Origin: an uncultured Phycisphaerales bacterium
GTDB lineage: Bacteria; Planctomycetota; Phycisphaerae; Tepidisphaerales; Tepidisphaeraceae
Direction of reading: 5' to 3'
Assembly (NCBI GenBank): GCA_963758525.1
Contig: CAVWVQ010000003.1
Coordinates: 4,064,001-4,128,000, forward strand
DNA: 64,000 bases
Part shown: positions 44,106-55,544 of the stretch, piece after piece
Layout: each line of letters starts with the position of its first letter
Position numbering within the stretch: position 1 is the first letter of the stretch
Notes under the pieces: generated by a model
The model's database searches: none
Told to the model about the DNA's origin: nothing
The model's input: the letters and a program-made list of their open reading frames with translations, nothing else
Made by a program: the position numbers and the translations under genes

Positions 44106-45234
44106 ATGTCACTGCTTTCACAACCCGCTACTCTTCCCTCTGCGCCGCCCCGCGAGCCGCTTGACATCATCATTATCGGTTTAACCATCACCTCCTCCTG
44201 GGGCAACGGCCATGCGACGACCTACCGCGGGCTGGTGCGCGAACTGACACGCCGCGGGCACGACGTTCTTTTCCTCGAGCACGATAAGCCGTGGTATGCC
44301 GCCAACCGTGATCTCCCCGAGCCGCCGTATGGCACAACTCGGCTTTACCAAAGTGTGGACGAGCTGATCGATCGCTACTCCGAGCGAATACGCTGGGCGG
44401 ATCTGGTGATCGTCGGTTCCTACGTCCCCGACGGTGTCGCCGTCGGCCGGTGTGTCACGGATACAGCCCGGGGCATCACGGCGTTCTATGACATCGATAC
44501 GCCGGTGACACTGGCGAAGCTTGCACGCGGCGATTTGGAGTATCTCGCGCCAGATCTCATTCCGCGCTACGGCCTTTACCTTTCATTCACCGGCGGCCCA
44601 ACACTCCATCGACTCGAGAATGAGTTCGTGCGCCAAGCGCGCTGTGCCTCTGTATTGTTCGGTCGACCCGGAGCTTTATGCGATCGAGCCTCGGCCGCAC
44701 CGGTGGGACCTGGGTTATCTCGGCACCCACAGCGTCGATCGCCAGCCATCCCTGGATCGGCTTTTGTCGCACGCGGCTGAGCGTTGGCCATGCGGTCGTT
44801 TTGTCGTCGCGGGGCCGCAGTACCCGCAAACAATCCGTTGGCCGGACAATGTAGACCGCATCGAGCATCTGCCTCCCGGCGAGCACCGTCAATTCTATAA
44901 CCAACAGCGATTTACACTGAACATCACCCGGCAGCACATGATTCAAGCCGGCTACTCGCCCAGTGTCCGGCTCTTCGAAGCAGCGGCGTGTGGCGTGGCG
45001 ATCATCACCGACGACTGGCCCGGTCTCGATCGTTTCTTTGAACCTGGAAAAGATCTTCTCATCGCGCGCGACGCAGACGATACGCTCGGTTATCTGCGGA
45101 ACATGACTGAGCCCGATCGTTTGCGCATTGCAGCCAACGCCCGGGAACGTGTCTTAAGCGCGCATACCGCGGCACACCGCGCGGCTGAACTTGAGCGGTA
45201 TGCGCTGGAAGCGCTGGGCCGCATCACTAGGTAA
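44106..45234 (+). CDS. CgeB-like glycosyltransferase (frameshift near 44630)
   Basis: SSWGNGHATTYRG in 44079..44780; SPSVRLFEAAACG in 44521..45234. Confidence 0.85.
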
Positions 45235-45245
45235 GTCGAGTTCCC

Positions 45246-46067
45246 ATGACACGCGCACAACCGACCACTTCCGAATCCGATCCCGCTCGACAAGAGCTGG
45301 ATATCCAGTCGCTGGGGCCGTGGTTCCACAACCTGCATTTGCCTACCGGCGTGCAGACGTGCCCGCAGCATTGGCTGGGCGATTTCCCGGCTTTTAAGTG
45401 GCGCGAAGTGTCCCCGGCGATTCCCAGGGATCTAAGCGGCTGGCAATGCCTCGACATCGGCTGCAACGCCGGCTTCTATAGTTTTGAGCTCGCCAGGCGC
45501 GGAGCGAGCGTGCTCGGCATCGATTGTGATGAGCGTTATCTGCGACAAGCGCGCTGGGCAGCACGGCAATATGGCCTCACAGATCGCACGCGCTTCGAGA
45601 AAAAGCAGGTTTACGATCTGGCGCGCGACGAGGCAAAATTTGATCTGGTCCTTTTCATGGGCGTCTTCTATCACCTGCGCTATCCGACGCTGGCACTGGA
45701 TATCGTCTGCCAGCGCACAACCCGGCTGCTTCTGTTCCAAACGCTCCAAATGCCGGGCGATTCAGTATTTGAAGCCACGTGGAATCGCGGCTTTCCCGAT
45801 CGCAGTCTTCTTCTGAATGACGGCTGGCCCAAGATGGCGTTCTTTGAGCATGGCTTTGCCGGCGATCCCACCAACATCTGGGCGCCCAATCACGCCGCGT
45901 GCGCGGCCATCCTGCGATCGGCGGGAATGCGGGTCATTTCCCAGCCGGGGCACGAATTTTACTTGTGTGAGCCTGATCCGGATCACCCGGCGTCCATCGC
46001 GACATGGAACGCCGCCGAGATCGCTTCCGCGACTGGTCAACGTGGCGACGCGTCGGGGAAGGGATAG
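45246..46067 (+). CDS. SAM-dependent methyltransferase (TIGR04290-like)
   Basis: LGPWFHNL, LDIGCNAGFYS and LFMGVFYHLRYP motifs; CgeB-like neighbourhood. Confidence 0.85.
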   Translation: MTRAQPTTSESDPARQELDIQSLGPWFHNLHLPTGVQTCPQHWLGDFPAFKWREVSPAIPRDLSGWQCLDIGCNAGFYSFELARRGASVLGIDCDERYLRQARWAARQYGLTDRTRFEKKQVYDLARDEAKFDLVLFMGVFYHLRYPTLALDIVCQRTTRLLLFQTLQMPGDSVFEATWNRGFPDRSLLLNDGWPKMAFFEHGFAGDPTNIWAPNHAACAAILRSAGMRVISQPGHEFYLCEPDPDHPASIATWNAAEIASATGQRGDASGKG

Positions 46068-46103
46068 ATCTAACCAAAACGGCCACAGATGAGGCGGTCC
46101 AAT

Positions 46104-46478
46104 ATGGCAACGCAGAAGAAATCGCAGTCATTATCGCATACCACCACCGATCACGAGGAAATCCGCAAATGGGCCGAGGCTCGCGACGCCAAACCCTCAT
46201 GCGTCAAAGGGACGGGCGACAGCGAAGATGTCGGACTCCTCCGGCTCAACTTCCCGGGATACTCCGGCGAGGACTCGTTGCAGGAAATCTCCTGGGATGA
46301 ATTCTTCGACAAATTCGACGAGCAAGGCCTGGCGCTGGTCTACGAAGAAGAAACCTCTGAAGGGAAGAAGAGCAACTTCAACAAGCTCGTCAGCCGCGAA
46401 AACGCCGGCGACCACGGGCGCAAGGCCTCCGGTGGATCGAAGAAACAGTCAGCACAGCGCCATCGCGGCGGGCACTGA
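46104..46478 (+). CDS. Conserved small hypothetical protein
   Basis: TTTDHEEIRKWAEAR..P, LRLNFPGY and ISWDEFF..F motifs; GAGG RBS. Confidence 0.8.
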   Translation: MATQKKSQSLSHTTTDHEEIRKWAEARDAKPSCVKGTGDSEDVGLLRLNFPGYSGEDSLQEISWDEFFDKFDEQGLALVYEEETSEGKKSNFNKLVSRENAGDHGRKASGGSKKQSAQRHRGGH

Positions 46479-47074
46479 TGGCCTGGACATTTTCCGATGG
46501 CACAAGAGCCCAAAGGTCTCCCGCCGCAATCTGGCGCCCGGGCATGGCAGAGGTGGTGCATCGAAATATCCGCGCCGCTTACCAGCGCCGCGCGCAAATG
46601 GAACGGAGCAAATCGGCATCCGAAAAAGTCTCGGACGCCATCACCGACTTTGCCGGGAGCATGTGGTGTGTGTATTTCCACGCCCTCTGGTTCGGTGGGT
46701 GGATCATCATCAACGCCGGCTGGGTGCGCGGAATCAAACCCTTCGATCCGTTCCCGTTCGTCATGCTGGCGATGATTGCTTCCGTGGAAGCAATTTTTTT
46801 GTCCACATTCATTCTGATCACGCAGAACCGGATGCAGCGCTTTGCCGATCGCCGGGCCGAGCTCGATCTGCAGATCAACCTGCTTTCGGAACATGAGCTG
46901 ACGCGTGCAATCCGCCTGCTCGATGCCATCGCGCAAGCAATGAAAGTCGCCCGGCCCGCCGCTGAAGAGATTGAGGACATCACGCGCGACGTTGATCCGC
47001 TGCGCGTCGCCGATGAAATCGACAAAGCCGAGGCAGAACAATTTGGCATCGCTGCCAGCGGACAGGATTCATAA
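46478..47074 (+). CDS. DUF1003 membrane protein
   Basis: ITDFAGSM, FDPFPF and SVEAIFLSTFILITQNR motifs. Confidence 0.88.
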   Translation: MAWTFSDGTRAQRSPAAIWRPGMAEVVHRNIRAAYQRRAQMERSKSASEKVSDAITDFAGSMWCVYFHALWFGGWIIINAGWVRGIKPFDPFPFVMLAMIASVEAIFLSTFILITQNRMQRFADRRAELDLQINLLSEHELTRAIRLLDAIAQAMKVARPAAEEIEDITRDVDPLRVADEIDKAEAEQFGIAASGQDS

Positions 47075-48101
47075 TGACGGCCTCCTCGCAAGGGAAGCTT
47101 CTCCGTTCCAGCGCCTGCCGACCGCCAGCGCCGCCATTGCGTGACAAGTTCGGCGTGTGTCAGTGGTTTCATTATGAAGACCGTGCTGGTGTGGATCAGG
47201 CGCTGGAATTGATCGCCGAACTTGGAGTGCGGCATCTCCGCACCGGCATCTCCTGGGCTGATTATCTCCGGCCCGGTGGAAAGAACTGGTACGACTGGCA
47301 GATGGATCGGCTGCGCCAGTCGGGCGTCGAGATTCTGTTATCAGTCTGGCACACCCCGCCCAGCCTCGGCGAGCAGCCCGCGTGCAATGCGCCCCGCGCC
47401 GCCTGCGCGATTATGCTGATTTCATCGACACAATCATTACCGAGTATGGGGACGCCTGGCATCATCTGGAATTATGGAATGAACCCAACAACCGTATGAA
47501 GTGGAACTTCATCGACTGCGACCCCGATTGGTATAAGTTCGCCGAAATGATCGGCTCCGCGGCATATTGGGCGAAGCAGCGGGGCCGCCACACGGTGCTC
47601 GGCGGCATGATTCCAGTCGATCCCCACTGGCTGAAATTAATGGCCCGGCGCGGCGTGCTGCAATACATTGACGTCGTCGGTATTCACGCTTTTCCCGGCA
47701 TGTGGTTTCCAGATCATCCCAATTGGGACTGGCAAGACCATTGGAACGGGTGGGACGCCAAGATTGACTGCATAGCCCAGCATGCGGAAGGAAAGCCTGT
47801 CTGGATTACCGAAACCGGCATGGCCACCTGGGACCTCGCGCTCAAACGCGAAGCCAAATATGAGCTGCAGGTCCAGGCGCTGGAGGAGGCCGCGCGTGCT
47901 CCGGCTGAGCGCGTTTACTGGTACAGCGCGATCGATCTGGACGAAACGCGCAATGCGATCGAAGGATTCCACGTGGATGAAAACGAGTATCACATGGGCT
48001 TGATGAAGCACGATGGCTTCCGCAAAGCAGCCCTGAGAAAAATGGATCAGCTTCTGGCAACATCAAACGCTTCCAACGTGGAAAGAACGCAAGATGAGTA
48101 A
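47074..48101 (+). CDS. Clan GH-A (beta-xylosidase-like) glycoside hydrolase, paralog of the 37588 N-domain (frameshift near 47395)
   Basis: LRTGISWAD in 47074..47499; WNEPNN and WITETG in 47382..48101. Confidence 0.82.
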
Positions 48102-49095
48102 AGTGAAACTCGCGCTGCTGGGTTGCGGTCACATGGCTGGGCTTCATGCACCGAACATCAAAGCCAATCCGGATGTCGAGCTTGTCGCCTGCTGCGATGT
48201 GAACAAGAAGATCGTCGATCGCTGGATCGAAACATTCTGGCGGGATCGATCGCCGCGCCCACAAGCGTTCGACAATCCAGCGGAGATGTACCGCCAATGC
48301 CGCCCGGATGCGGTCATCATAGCGACCCCGCACACGGCTCACTTTGAGCACGGGATGCAGGCCTTGGCGGCCAACTGCCACGTGCTCATGGAAAAGCCGA
48401 TGGTCACTGAATCGGCTCAAGCGCATGCACTGGCCGAGAAAGTCAAAAAGTCAGGCAAGACCTTTACCATCGGCTACAACACCCCTTGCACGCCGCATTT
48501 CCTGTTCGTTCGCAACATCATTCGAAATCAAACGTTTGGCAGACTTGAGATGGTCAGCGGCTATCTCGCCCAGAACTGGCTGCGCTACACCAACGGTACC
48601 TGGCGTCAGAATCCCGAGCTTTCCGGAGGTGGACAGGCCTATGACAGCGGCGCGCATCTGATTACCAGCTTGTGCTGGTCGGTTGAATCGAATGTGGACG
48701 AGGTGTTTGCGTGGGTCGATCGAAAAAACCTGCGGGTCGATGTCAACTCGTGCGTCAACGTGCGGTTTGAGAACGGCGTCATCGCCAACCTCATGATCAA
48801 CGGCAACTGCCCGGTCGATCACGGCGCCCTCAGCTTCTTCTTCGACAACGGCAAGATTGACGTCGACGGCTGGTACTCCAAATGGATCCGCTGCTGGCAC
48901 GGCCAAACCGAAGTTCCCGCCGACCTGGGCGGCAGGGCTACCACGCCCATCGACAACTTTGTCGACGCGATATTTGGGCGCGACGAGCCTCGAACGTCAC
49001 CCGCGCATGGAATCGTGCACAGCGAACTGGTGAATGCGATGTACGAATCCGCCGCCTCTCGGCTGCCGGTGCGGCCGCGGAAAACGGCGCGATAG
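48094..49095 (+). CDS. Gfo/Idh/MocA oxidoreductase
   Basis: GCGHMA, ATPHTAH, EKP and SGGG..DSGAH motifs. Confidence 0.92.
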   Translation: MSKVKLALLGCGHMAGLHAPNIKANPDVELVACCDVNKKIVDRWIETFWRDRSPRPQAFDNPAEMYRQCRPDAVIIATPHTAHFEHGMQALAANCHVLMEKPMVTESAQAHALAEKVKKSGKTFTIGYNTPCTPHFLFVRNIIRNQTFGRLEMVSGYLAQNWLRYTNGTWRQNPELSGGGQAYDSGAHLITSLCWSVESNVDEVFAWVDRKNLRVDVNSCVNVRFENGVIANLMINGNCPVDHGALSFFFDNGKIDVDGWYSKWIRCWHGQTEVPADLGGRATTPIDNFVDAIFGRDEPRTSPAHGIVHSELVNAMYESAASRLPVRPRKTAR

Positions 49096-49100
49096 ATAGT

Positions 49101-49366
49101 CCCAGCGCTGCCTCGCTTCGCTCGGCCGCAACCAAAACGAAGAGCCGCGAAGTCGCGAAGACGCGAAGAGAGACGCGAAGGTAAGAAAATCAAAAATGCG
49201 GGATCGAAGCCCAGGGAATTGTGCCTTGGGGTTTCAGGTGCAATTGAATTGTCTTCCTTCGCGTTTGTCTTCGCGTCTTCGCGTCTTCGCGGCTCTTGAT
49301 CTTTTGGCTGATCGCCTGCCCGGGAAAATTTGCGCAGCGCGCGAAGATCTCAATGGGTTGTGACAC
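49101..49366. mobile_element. Solo 266-bp copy of array element A (MITE-like)
   Basis: Near-identical to 28494-28759, with the same ends (CCCAGCGCTG...GGGTTGTGACAC) and the same orientation. Confidence 0.85.
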
Positions 49367-49577
49367 GGCCGCCGAAGCATCGCTGGACAAGCGTCGAGTC
49401 GAGGTTGCCGGAAGCTCGGCGTGGTCGGGATATCCGCTCTGGGGAGTTCCACGGACTGCACATTGAGAATGTTGCGACGAGCCGGTGGCCCGCTCCAATG
49501 ATCCACGACTTGCAGGCGACAGATTATGCCCGCTTGCGGATCGTGGCAGACAACGATGGCGCGATCGTCATGCAGAG

Positions 49578-49880
49578 TCACATAGAATCCATATAGGCCG
49601 TCCGCCGACGGAACGAGTTCGGGATCATTATCGAACGTGTGAATAGCCTCGCGTGGAACTGTGATAATGTGAGGCTCGTAACCAGATCGTTGGGAATTGG
49701 AATAGACTCCCGAATCCGCGACATTTTCTCCGCGACTGCATAGACCTCCTCATCGCTTGCATCAGCCGGAGGCAGCCCGCTTGCCTGACCATTGGGGGTC
49801 ATCTTGTTCAATGGCGACGTCGAGATCCAATCATCCTGCTTTAGCCGTTCGTTGTCGCCAAAATTCACGGTGATGTCCAA
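49578..49880 (-). CDS. Hypothetical protein or fragment
   Basis: 100-aa ORF in AT-richer DNA; no recognisable motif. Confidence 0.3.
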   Translation of the reverse strand: MDITVNFGDNERLKQDDWISTSPLNKMTPNGQASGLPPADASDEEVYAVAEKMSRIRESIPIPNDLVTSLTLSQFHARLFTRSIMIPNSFRRRTAYMDSM

Positions 49881-50011
49881 CTGGCCGGCCGTGCCGCGCG
49901 AGGTTACTGGCGCAAATTCTCTTTCAGTCGCTCTCGCATCTTCTGACGCTCCTCATCGGTTAACAGGCTCGATTCCAAAATGCTCGCGCTCGCGTCGGTG
50001 GCGGGCCGTGC

Positions 50012-51476
50012 GTTGATTACGTGGATCGTGCCCGCACAGGCCGTGCAATCGGCGGGCGTTTGCAGTTGCTCAAGTTGATCGAGGATGCCGAAGCCGGACT
50101 CATTGCCCGCGTCTTTGTCTATAAATTCGACCGCCTGGGCCGTGCGGCTGAGACGCACAGTATGGTCGCCGAATTGGAAGAGTGTGGTGTCGAGGTCATT
50201 TCCGCGACGGAAGGCAAGGAAGCCTTGTCTCGCGGCATTCAACTGGTGGTCGCGGAGCATTATTCAAAAACACTCGCGGAGCGCACCCAAGCCGGACTGG
50301 TGAAGCGTTTCGAAGCGCACCAGTGGACCGGTGGCAATCCAAGCTACGGCTACAGGATCATCGATGATGGTGGCAAGAAACGTCTGGCCATTGATCCTCA
50401 CGAGGCCGAAGTGGTTCGGTCCCTGTTCCATGAGTATTTGTCGGAAGCCGTCGGGGTTAAGGAACTGGCCAGTCGACTGCGTGAACGGGGCGTGTCCACT
50501 CGTAAGGGTGCCGACTGGTGCTTCACTACCATACGGGGAATCCTGACGAATCCGATGGTTGTCGGACAGGTTCGGTTCAACCGCCGCCGGATGAAGCTCA
50601 ACAAGGATACTGGGCTTCGGATTCCACGGATGAAAGACGTGACCGAGCACATGGCATATACGGACGAGTCGCTCCGCATCATTTCCGATGAAGGGTTCAA
50701 AGCCGTACAGGAAAAATTGATTGTCCGTGCCCGCCCCGGACGCGAAGCAAGGCCGTTCAATCAATTGCGGCCGTTCACCGGACAACTCTTTTGTGCCCAC
50801 TGCGGCAAGGTCTTTTACGCCCGGCGGTCGAAGAATGCCAAAGGCGAATATCGCTATTACTCCTGCGGCACCCGGCAACGTCTTGGGCCGGACGGTTGTG
50901 ATTGCGGCGTTTGTGTTCGCGAGGATTTGCTGGAAGCCGATTTGCGTCAGGCATTCGACTTCGCTTTTGAGGACACCGAATCGCTCATTGCCGGACGCGG
51001 TAAAGGAAGCGCAGAAGCAACTGGATTTCAACCGCGGCCAGGTGTCAAGAATTCAGGCCGATGTGAAGGAACTCGATCAGTCGATCGGCCGGCTGACTCG
51101 CCTACTGACCGATCCCGACATCGACTTGGTGGCCAAGCGGGCAATCTCCCGGCAATTGGGCGACTTTGAACTGAAACGCGATTCGCTCAATCAAGCGATG
51201 GCCCGCACGGCTCAATCGGCCAATGACGACTTGGACGAATTCATCCATGCCGTGCGGCAGGCAGTTGCGGAGGTCAAAGCATCCCTGACGGACGCCATCA
51301 CCCCGGCAAAGCTCAACCGATTCGTGGAAGATTGGATCGGCCCGATTCGCGTCGATGCAGACGGGTCGCTCCATCCGCTGGCCCTAGAAACGACACAAGC
51401 CCCTGACGAATCAGGGGCTTGTGTGACGAGTAACATAGCGGGGGGAGGATTCGAACCTCCGACCTCCGGGTTATGA
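50012..51476 (+). pseudogene. Large serine recombinase, N-terminally truncated (frameshift near 50995)
   Basis: VYKFDRLGR, YGYR, GILTNP, zinc ribbon (CAHCG..YYSC) and coiled coil. In-frame TAA at 49961 and no YxRxS catalytic motif. Ends GGGFEPPTSGL* across the tRNA fragment. Confidence 0.85.
51394..51423 (-). terminator. 13-bp-stem hairpin just downstream of the tRNA 3' fragment
   Basis: CACAAGCCCCTGA-CGAA-TCAGGGGCTTGTG. Confidence 0.55.
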
Positions 51477-51477
51477 G
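51436..51477 (-). tRNA. 3' half of initiator tRNA-Met(CAT); att-site remnant, not a full gene
   Basis: Minus strand reads CTCATAA CCCGG AGGTC GGAGG TTCGAAT CCTCC CCCCGCT A; upstream sequence cannot form the D arm or the acceptor 5' strand. Confidence 0.85.
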
Positions 51478-51593
51478 GGTCTTTCACCTCTGACGCGCAA
51501 AACCATGATCTTGTTGGAAGTAACGGCAAACCCGTGGTTTCTGACCACGGCGTATCAATGCTATGTTCCCCAAGTTTATCAGGTTTTTCAACT

Positions 51594-51616
51594 TTTGGGG
51601 TACAGTTTGGGGTACA
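51594..51616. repeat. Tandem 11-bp direct repeat, candidate integrase arm-type sites
   Basis: TTTGGGGTACA twice with period 12, about 120 bp from the tRNA fragment. Confidence 0.6.
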
Positions 51617-52010
51617 AATTTTGGCGGTCAGAAAGGACGAAGCAATCCGGACACAACCCGCCTACAGTCCGGCGCAACGTGCGCTTGCGATGCTAGATCC
51701 CACCGGCGTGCCGGCGGGGACGAAACCTTTCCAACAGATCGCGCAGCCATATCACAAGCCTCTGAGGCACGGGAGCCCCGGCTGATCCGTCCGTGGAATG
51801 GTGGTGCGGACGCCGCGCTGAGCCGTTCGGGAATAATAGCTTCGGGCAAGCGCACCACCTACGGAGAAAAACGCCCATCACGCAGACTGCGGTGTATTTA
51901 CCGGGCGTAACGGGGCGTCCGGCTTTAGATTGCTCGCGCGGGTTCGGCGATAGCGACCTTCGCAAGAACGAGAGCGTTTAATTTGATTATTGAGAGATTC
52001 TGAAGCTCGA

Positions 52011-53204
52011 TCAGCGTGTTCCGCCTGCGGACATCCAGAGCCGGTTGGCTAGCGCGTCGTCGGGATCGATCTCGTGCGCGCGAGCGTAGAACGCGGGAGC
52101 CTCTGCCTTTCGGCCCATCCGGTCCAACACGTAGCCCTGCATGCATACACTGACGCTGTCTGTGGGATTTAGCTCGGCGGCATTGCGGAATGCCGCGAGC
52201 GATTGCGCCAGCTTATTCTGCTTCAAACTTATGTAGCCGAAGAGGCACTGGGCGTCACTATTAGCCGGCTCGAGTGAAATCGCCTTGCGTACGGCAAGGT
52301 CGGCACGCGGCAAATCATTTAGCTGCACCGCCACTTTGGCAAAACCTAGCCAGTACCCCGAGCACCCCGGGTTCAGTCGGGTCGCCGCATCGTATTGCTT
52401 GATCGCATCCGTCAGTTGCTGGCTGCGAGCCAGACAGTCCCCCAGGGCGGCCTGGATGTCCGCCCGGCTCTGATAGTTTGGCTCTTTCAATAGACGGTTA
52501 AAGGAGGCGGCCGCTTCGACGAACTGCCCGTCAGTATAAAGGGCGAACGCCAGGTGTTCGCGGATCGTGGGATCCTCACTTGAGAGGATGCTTGCTTCGC
52601 GCAGTGCGTCGATGCCTTTTGCATATTGCTTCTGCTGAATCAGCAACTGGCCGATCTCGTCACGGATGACACCACTATGCTCGAAAAAAGCGGCTTTCGA
52701 TTGCAGAAGTGCAACGGCTTCCGCGGGCTTATCGATTGCAACGAGCATTTCCGCATCGGCCAGCAGATAGGAAAGCTCGGCGGGCTCTTTTTGGACGGCG
52801 GCGGCGTAGGCCGCGCGGGCTTCCTCTGATTTGTGCCACCGTTGCAGCACGATTCCAGTGAGGTAGTCTGCCTCGGCATTCCTGGGATCAAGGCGACGAG
52901 CCGCAGCGAGGTGGGCTTCGGCGGGCTCGAGATCACCCTGCTCGATCGAGAGTTTTGCCGCGAGTATGTGCAAGGGCGCTTTATCCGGTTCCAGTCGCAA
53001 TGCCTGGTCGAGCGTTTCCTGGCATTTTTCCAGATTCCCGTTCTTGAACTGATCAGCCGCGAGGCTGGCCAAGACATTGGCGCGGGCGTCATTCCATTGT
53101 TTGTTTGCCTGGACCTTTTGGTTTGGAGTCAGTCCGCCGCCGCCCCCGCAGCCAACGATAAACAGCAGGCCGGATGCGGCGGCAGTTCTCAGAATCTTTT
53201 GCAT
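52011..53204 (-). CDS. TPR-repeat lipoprotein (possible pilotin/assembly factor)
   Basis: Lipobox-like IVG-C followed by multiple TPR helices; lies downstream of the secretin. Confidence 0.82.
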   Translation of the reverse strand: MQKILRTAAASGLLFIVGCGGGGGLTPNQKVQANKQWNDARANVLASLAADQFKNGNLEKCQETLDQALRLEPDKAPLHILAAKLSIEQGDLEPAEAHLAAARRLDPRNAEADYLTGIVLQRWHKSEEARAAYAAAVQKEPAELSYLLADAEMLVAIDKPAEAVALLQSKAAFFEHSGVIRDEIGQLLIQQKQYAKGIDALREASILSSEDPTIREHLAFALYTDGQFVEAAASFNRLLKEPNYQSRADIQAALGDCLARSQQLTDAIKQYDAATRLNPGCSGYWLGFAKVAVQLNDLPRADLAVRKAISLEPANSDAQCLFGYISLKQNKLAQSLAAFRNAAELNPTDSVSVCMQGYVLDRMGRKAEAPAFYARAHEIDPDDALANRLWMSAGGTR

Positions 53205-53212
53205 GTGGCGCC

Positions 53213-55019
53213 TCAGTTATTTGGTGGCGGAGGATTAGGAAGATTTGGGGAGACCGGGACTGGCTGTAGTTCGGTGCTGCCGAGGACCGCCTGTGACACG
53301 AAATTACGAATGATGCTGTTGTCGGAGTCGGTTACGCGCTTGCCGCTGACCTTTTCCTTCAATTCGATGGCTTCCAGAAAGGTGGGATTCAGGTTGGTCG
53401 CCACGTTCAAGTGCCAGAGCACCAGACTTGTATCAGGCCTGGGTTTGCCCATTTCGCTGACGGCATTCTCATAGGCCAGTTCGGCAAGGCGTTCGCGCCC
53501 GAAGAACATCATTCCCTTGCGGACGCCGACCCGTAGGTCCTCCACGCGTTTGAGGTCTGCTTCGGACAGGCGGCTGTAGGCTGAGTCATCCTTAAGAATG
53601 TGGGGAGTGAGGAGGATGATAATTTCCTGCCGGACGGTCTGATCCTGCTGCTGTCGAAACAAGGCGCCGAGATATGGGATGTTTCCCAAAGCGGGCACCT
53701 GGCCGCGGCTGGTGGTTGCCGAATCGCGGAACAGTCCGCCGATAACAATAGTTCGGCCGTCCTTGACCATCAGATTGGTTGTTACTTCTGTTGTCGTCTT
53801 AAAAGGAAGGTTGGAGCTGGTGAGACCGCCGCTCGAGTCCTCAGGATGAATCTCCATGCGGACGTAACCGTCATCCCCGATGTAGGGGCGAAAGACGAGG
53901 GTGGTCCCGGAATCGAGAAACTGAACGGTCTGGGTGGAAGTGGTGGCGCTGACGGTGGTGGTCTGATAGCCGTCGCTTCGCCCGACGTGCACATACCCGC
54001 GCTGTTTATCCAGCGACAGGACCTTTGGGTTGGCCAGGACGGTTGTGTTGGTAACCGACTCAAGCGCCTGCACAAACACGCTAATGTTGTTTGACAATAC
54101 TCCGACACGCAGGCCACCCGGCGGAAGGTTGTTGGTGAAGCTTGTCTGCCCGACGCCATAATTGGCCAGTCCTTTGCCGCCGGTATCCTGGAGGGTTCCC
54201 GCGGCGGCACTCGCGATTGCCTGGACAGGGGAGCTGAGGAGTTGATCGAATTTCACGCCGCTCATGACACTGAAATCCACGCCCAGAGCGTTGCTGTCGT
54301 TGAGAGTGGCGGCGAGAATTGTCGCTTCGACAAGAACCTGCTGGGGGCGACGATCAACTTCCTTAAGGATAGTCCTGACCTTCTCGAGGTTTTCCGTGTA
54401 GTCAGTGACGACGAGCATATCTTCGGACGAATGCGAATTACCGCCGGCTTCCACTGCCGTGGTTTCGATTCCGGACTGCGCGGCGCTAGTCATCGCCAAC
54501 TGAGATTCGGAACTCAGCGCCGGCTTGATCATGGTGGCGGCGTTGGCAGCGGGTGTGTAATAAAGATGAAATACTTCCGTCGCCATGTGCCTGGCAGCTT
54601 TGTCCAGGTCCGCGAGTTCTTTGGGCGTGTAGACGTAGATGAAGCTTCCCTTTTCGCGATAGACAAACCCGTTGGATTGCAAAATCGCGTTCGAGCGCTT
54701 CGGGAAAGGTCACGTTGTACAGATTTGCCGTAACGGTGCCTTCAACATCCTTGCTGGCGATGATGTTCTTACGCGTCTGCAGGGAGAGCATCCGAAGGAC
54801 TTCCGGGAGGCTCGCATTATTGACGTGGATTTCAACCGTGCCGGCGTCGCTGACCGCCACCTGCGTCCGCGTCACGCTTGCCGCCGCCGGTTGAGAGGTG
54901 GCCACAGCGTCAACGGAATGATCGTAAGATCCCGCAGCATCCGCCAGGTTCGCCTGACCGGAATAAACGGCCAGCGAAGCTATAAAAAGAGGTGCGGTAA
55001 CATGGAACCGCTTTTTCAT
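53213..55019 (-). CDS. Secretin (GspD/PilQ family), frameshift near 54690
   Basis: QVLVEATI, LANPKVL, VKDGRTIVIGGL, VPALGNIPYLGALF and LLTPHI motifs; the N-domain lies in 54486..55019. Confidence 0.9.
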
Positions 55020-55105
55020 ATGAACACAGAACGGTTAATTGCTGGCTTATAGCGAGTCGCGGAGAACCAGGGATCCACTCAAACGGACAGATGATCTAGC
55101 TGCTC

Positions 55106-55133
55106 TTTTCGACACGAACAGCCCAGGACTTGA
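55106..55133 (-). promoter_or_regulatory. Sigma-28-like promoter for the secretin gene
   Basis: TCAAG-N15-GTCGAAAA. Confidence 0.5.
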
Positions 55134-55259
55134 GGGTTCCCCGGCAACCGGCAGCGTGGAATTTTTGGACGCATTAGGGGAGCGGTGACGTGTGGCGATC
55201 TGGGCACATGACCTGTGATGAGCCCGGCCGGGAGGAAGTTTCAGGACTTCGTCCATTGG

Positions 55260-55544
55260 TTATCGGTGCGACGGCGCATCATCGGGCTTTGCGAGCCGGA
55301 CTCGAAGGTCTCCGCCTGACAGGACGCTTATCAGCTTGTCCAGCTTTTCATTGGTCGCTTTTAACTGCTCGACCATTTGTTCCCGCTGAGCACCCGCGTC
55401 GGGAATGCCATCCGCCATGGCTGGTGTTGCCGACGGGCAGGCACCCCATAATGTGAGGAGAGTGGCGGCCTGCAACCCGAGAAGAATCGCCAACCACTTC
55501 TTCGATATTGATTGTGACATGTACATGATCACCTGTTCGTTCAT
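55260..55544 (-). CDS. Small secreted coiled-coil hypothetical protein
   Basis: Signal/TM segment then IPDAGAQR..MVEQLKATNEKLDKL. Confidence 0.7.
   Translation of the reverse strand: MNEQVIMYMSQSISKKWLAILLGLQAATLLTLWGACPSATPAMADGIPDAGAQREQMVEQLKATNEKLDKLISVLSGGDLRVRLAKPDDAPSHR

Noticed and set aside
51436..51515. Complete tRNA-Met gene
   Set aside because: The 5' half is missing; only the anticodon loop to the discriminator base is present.
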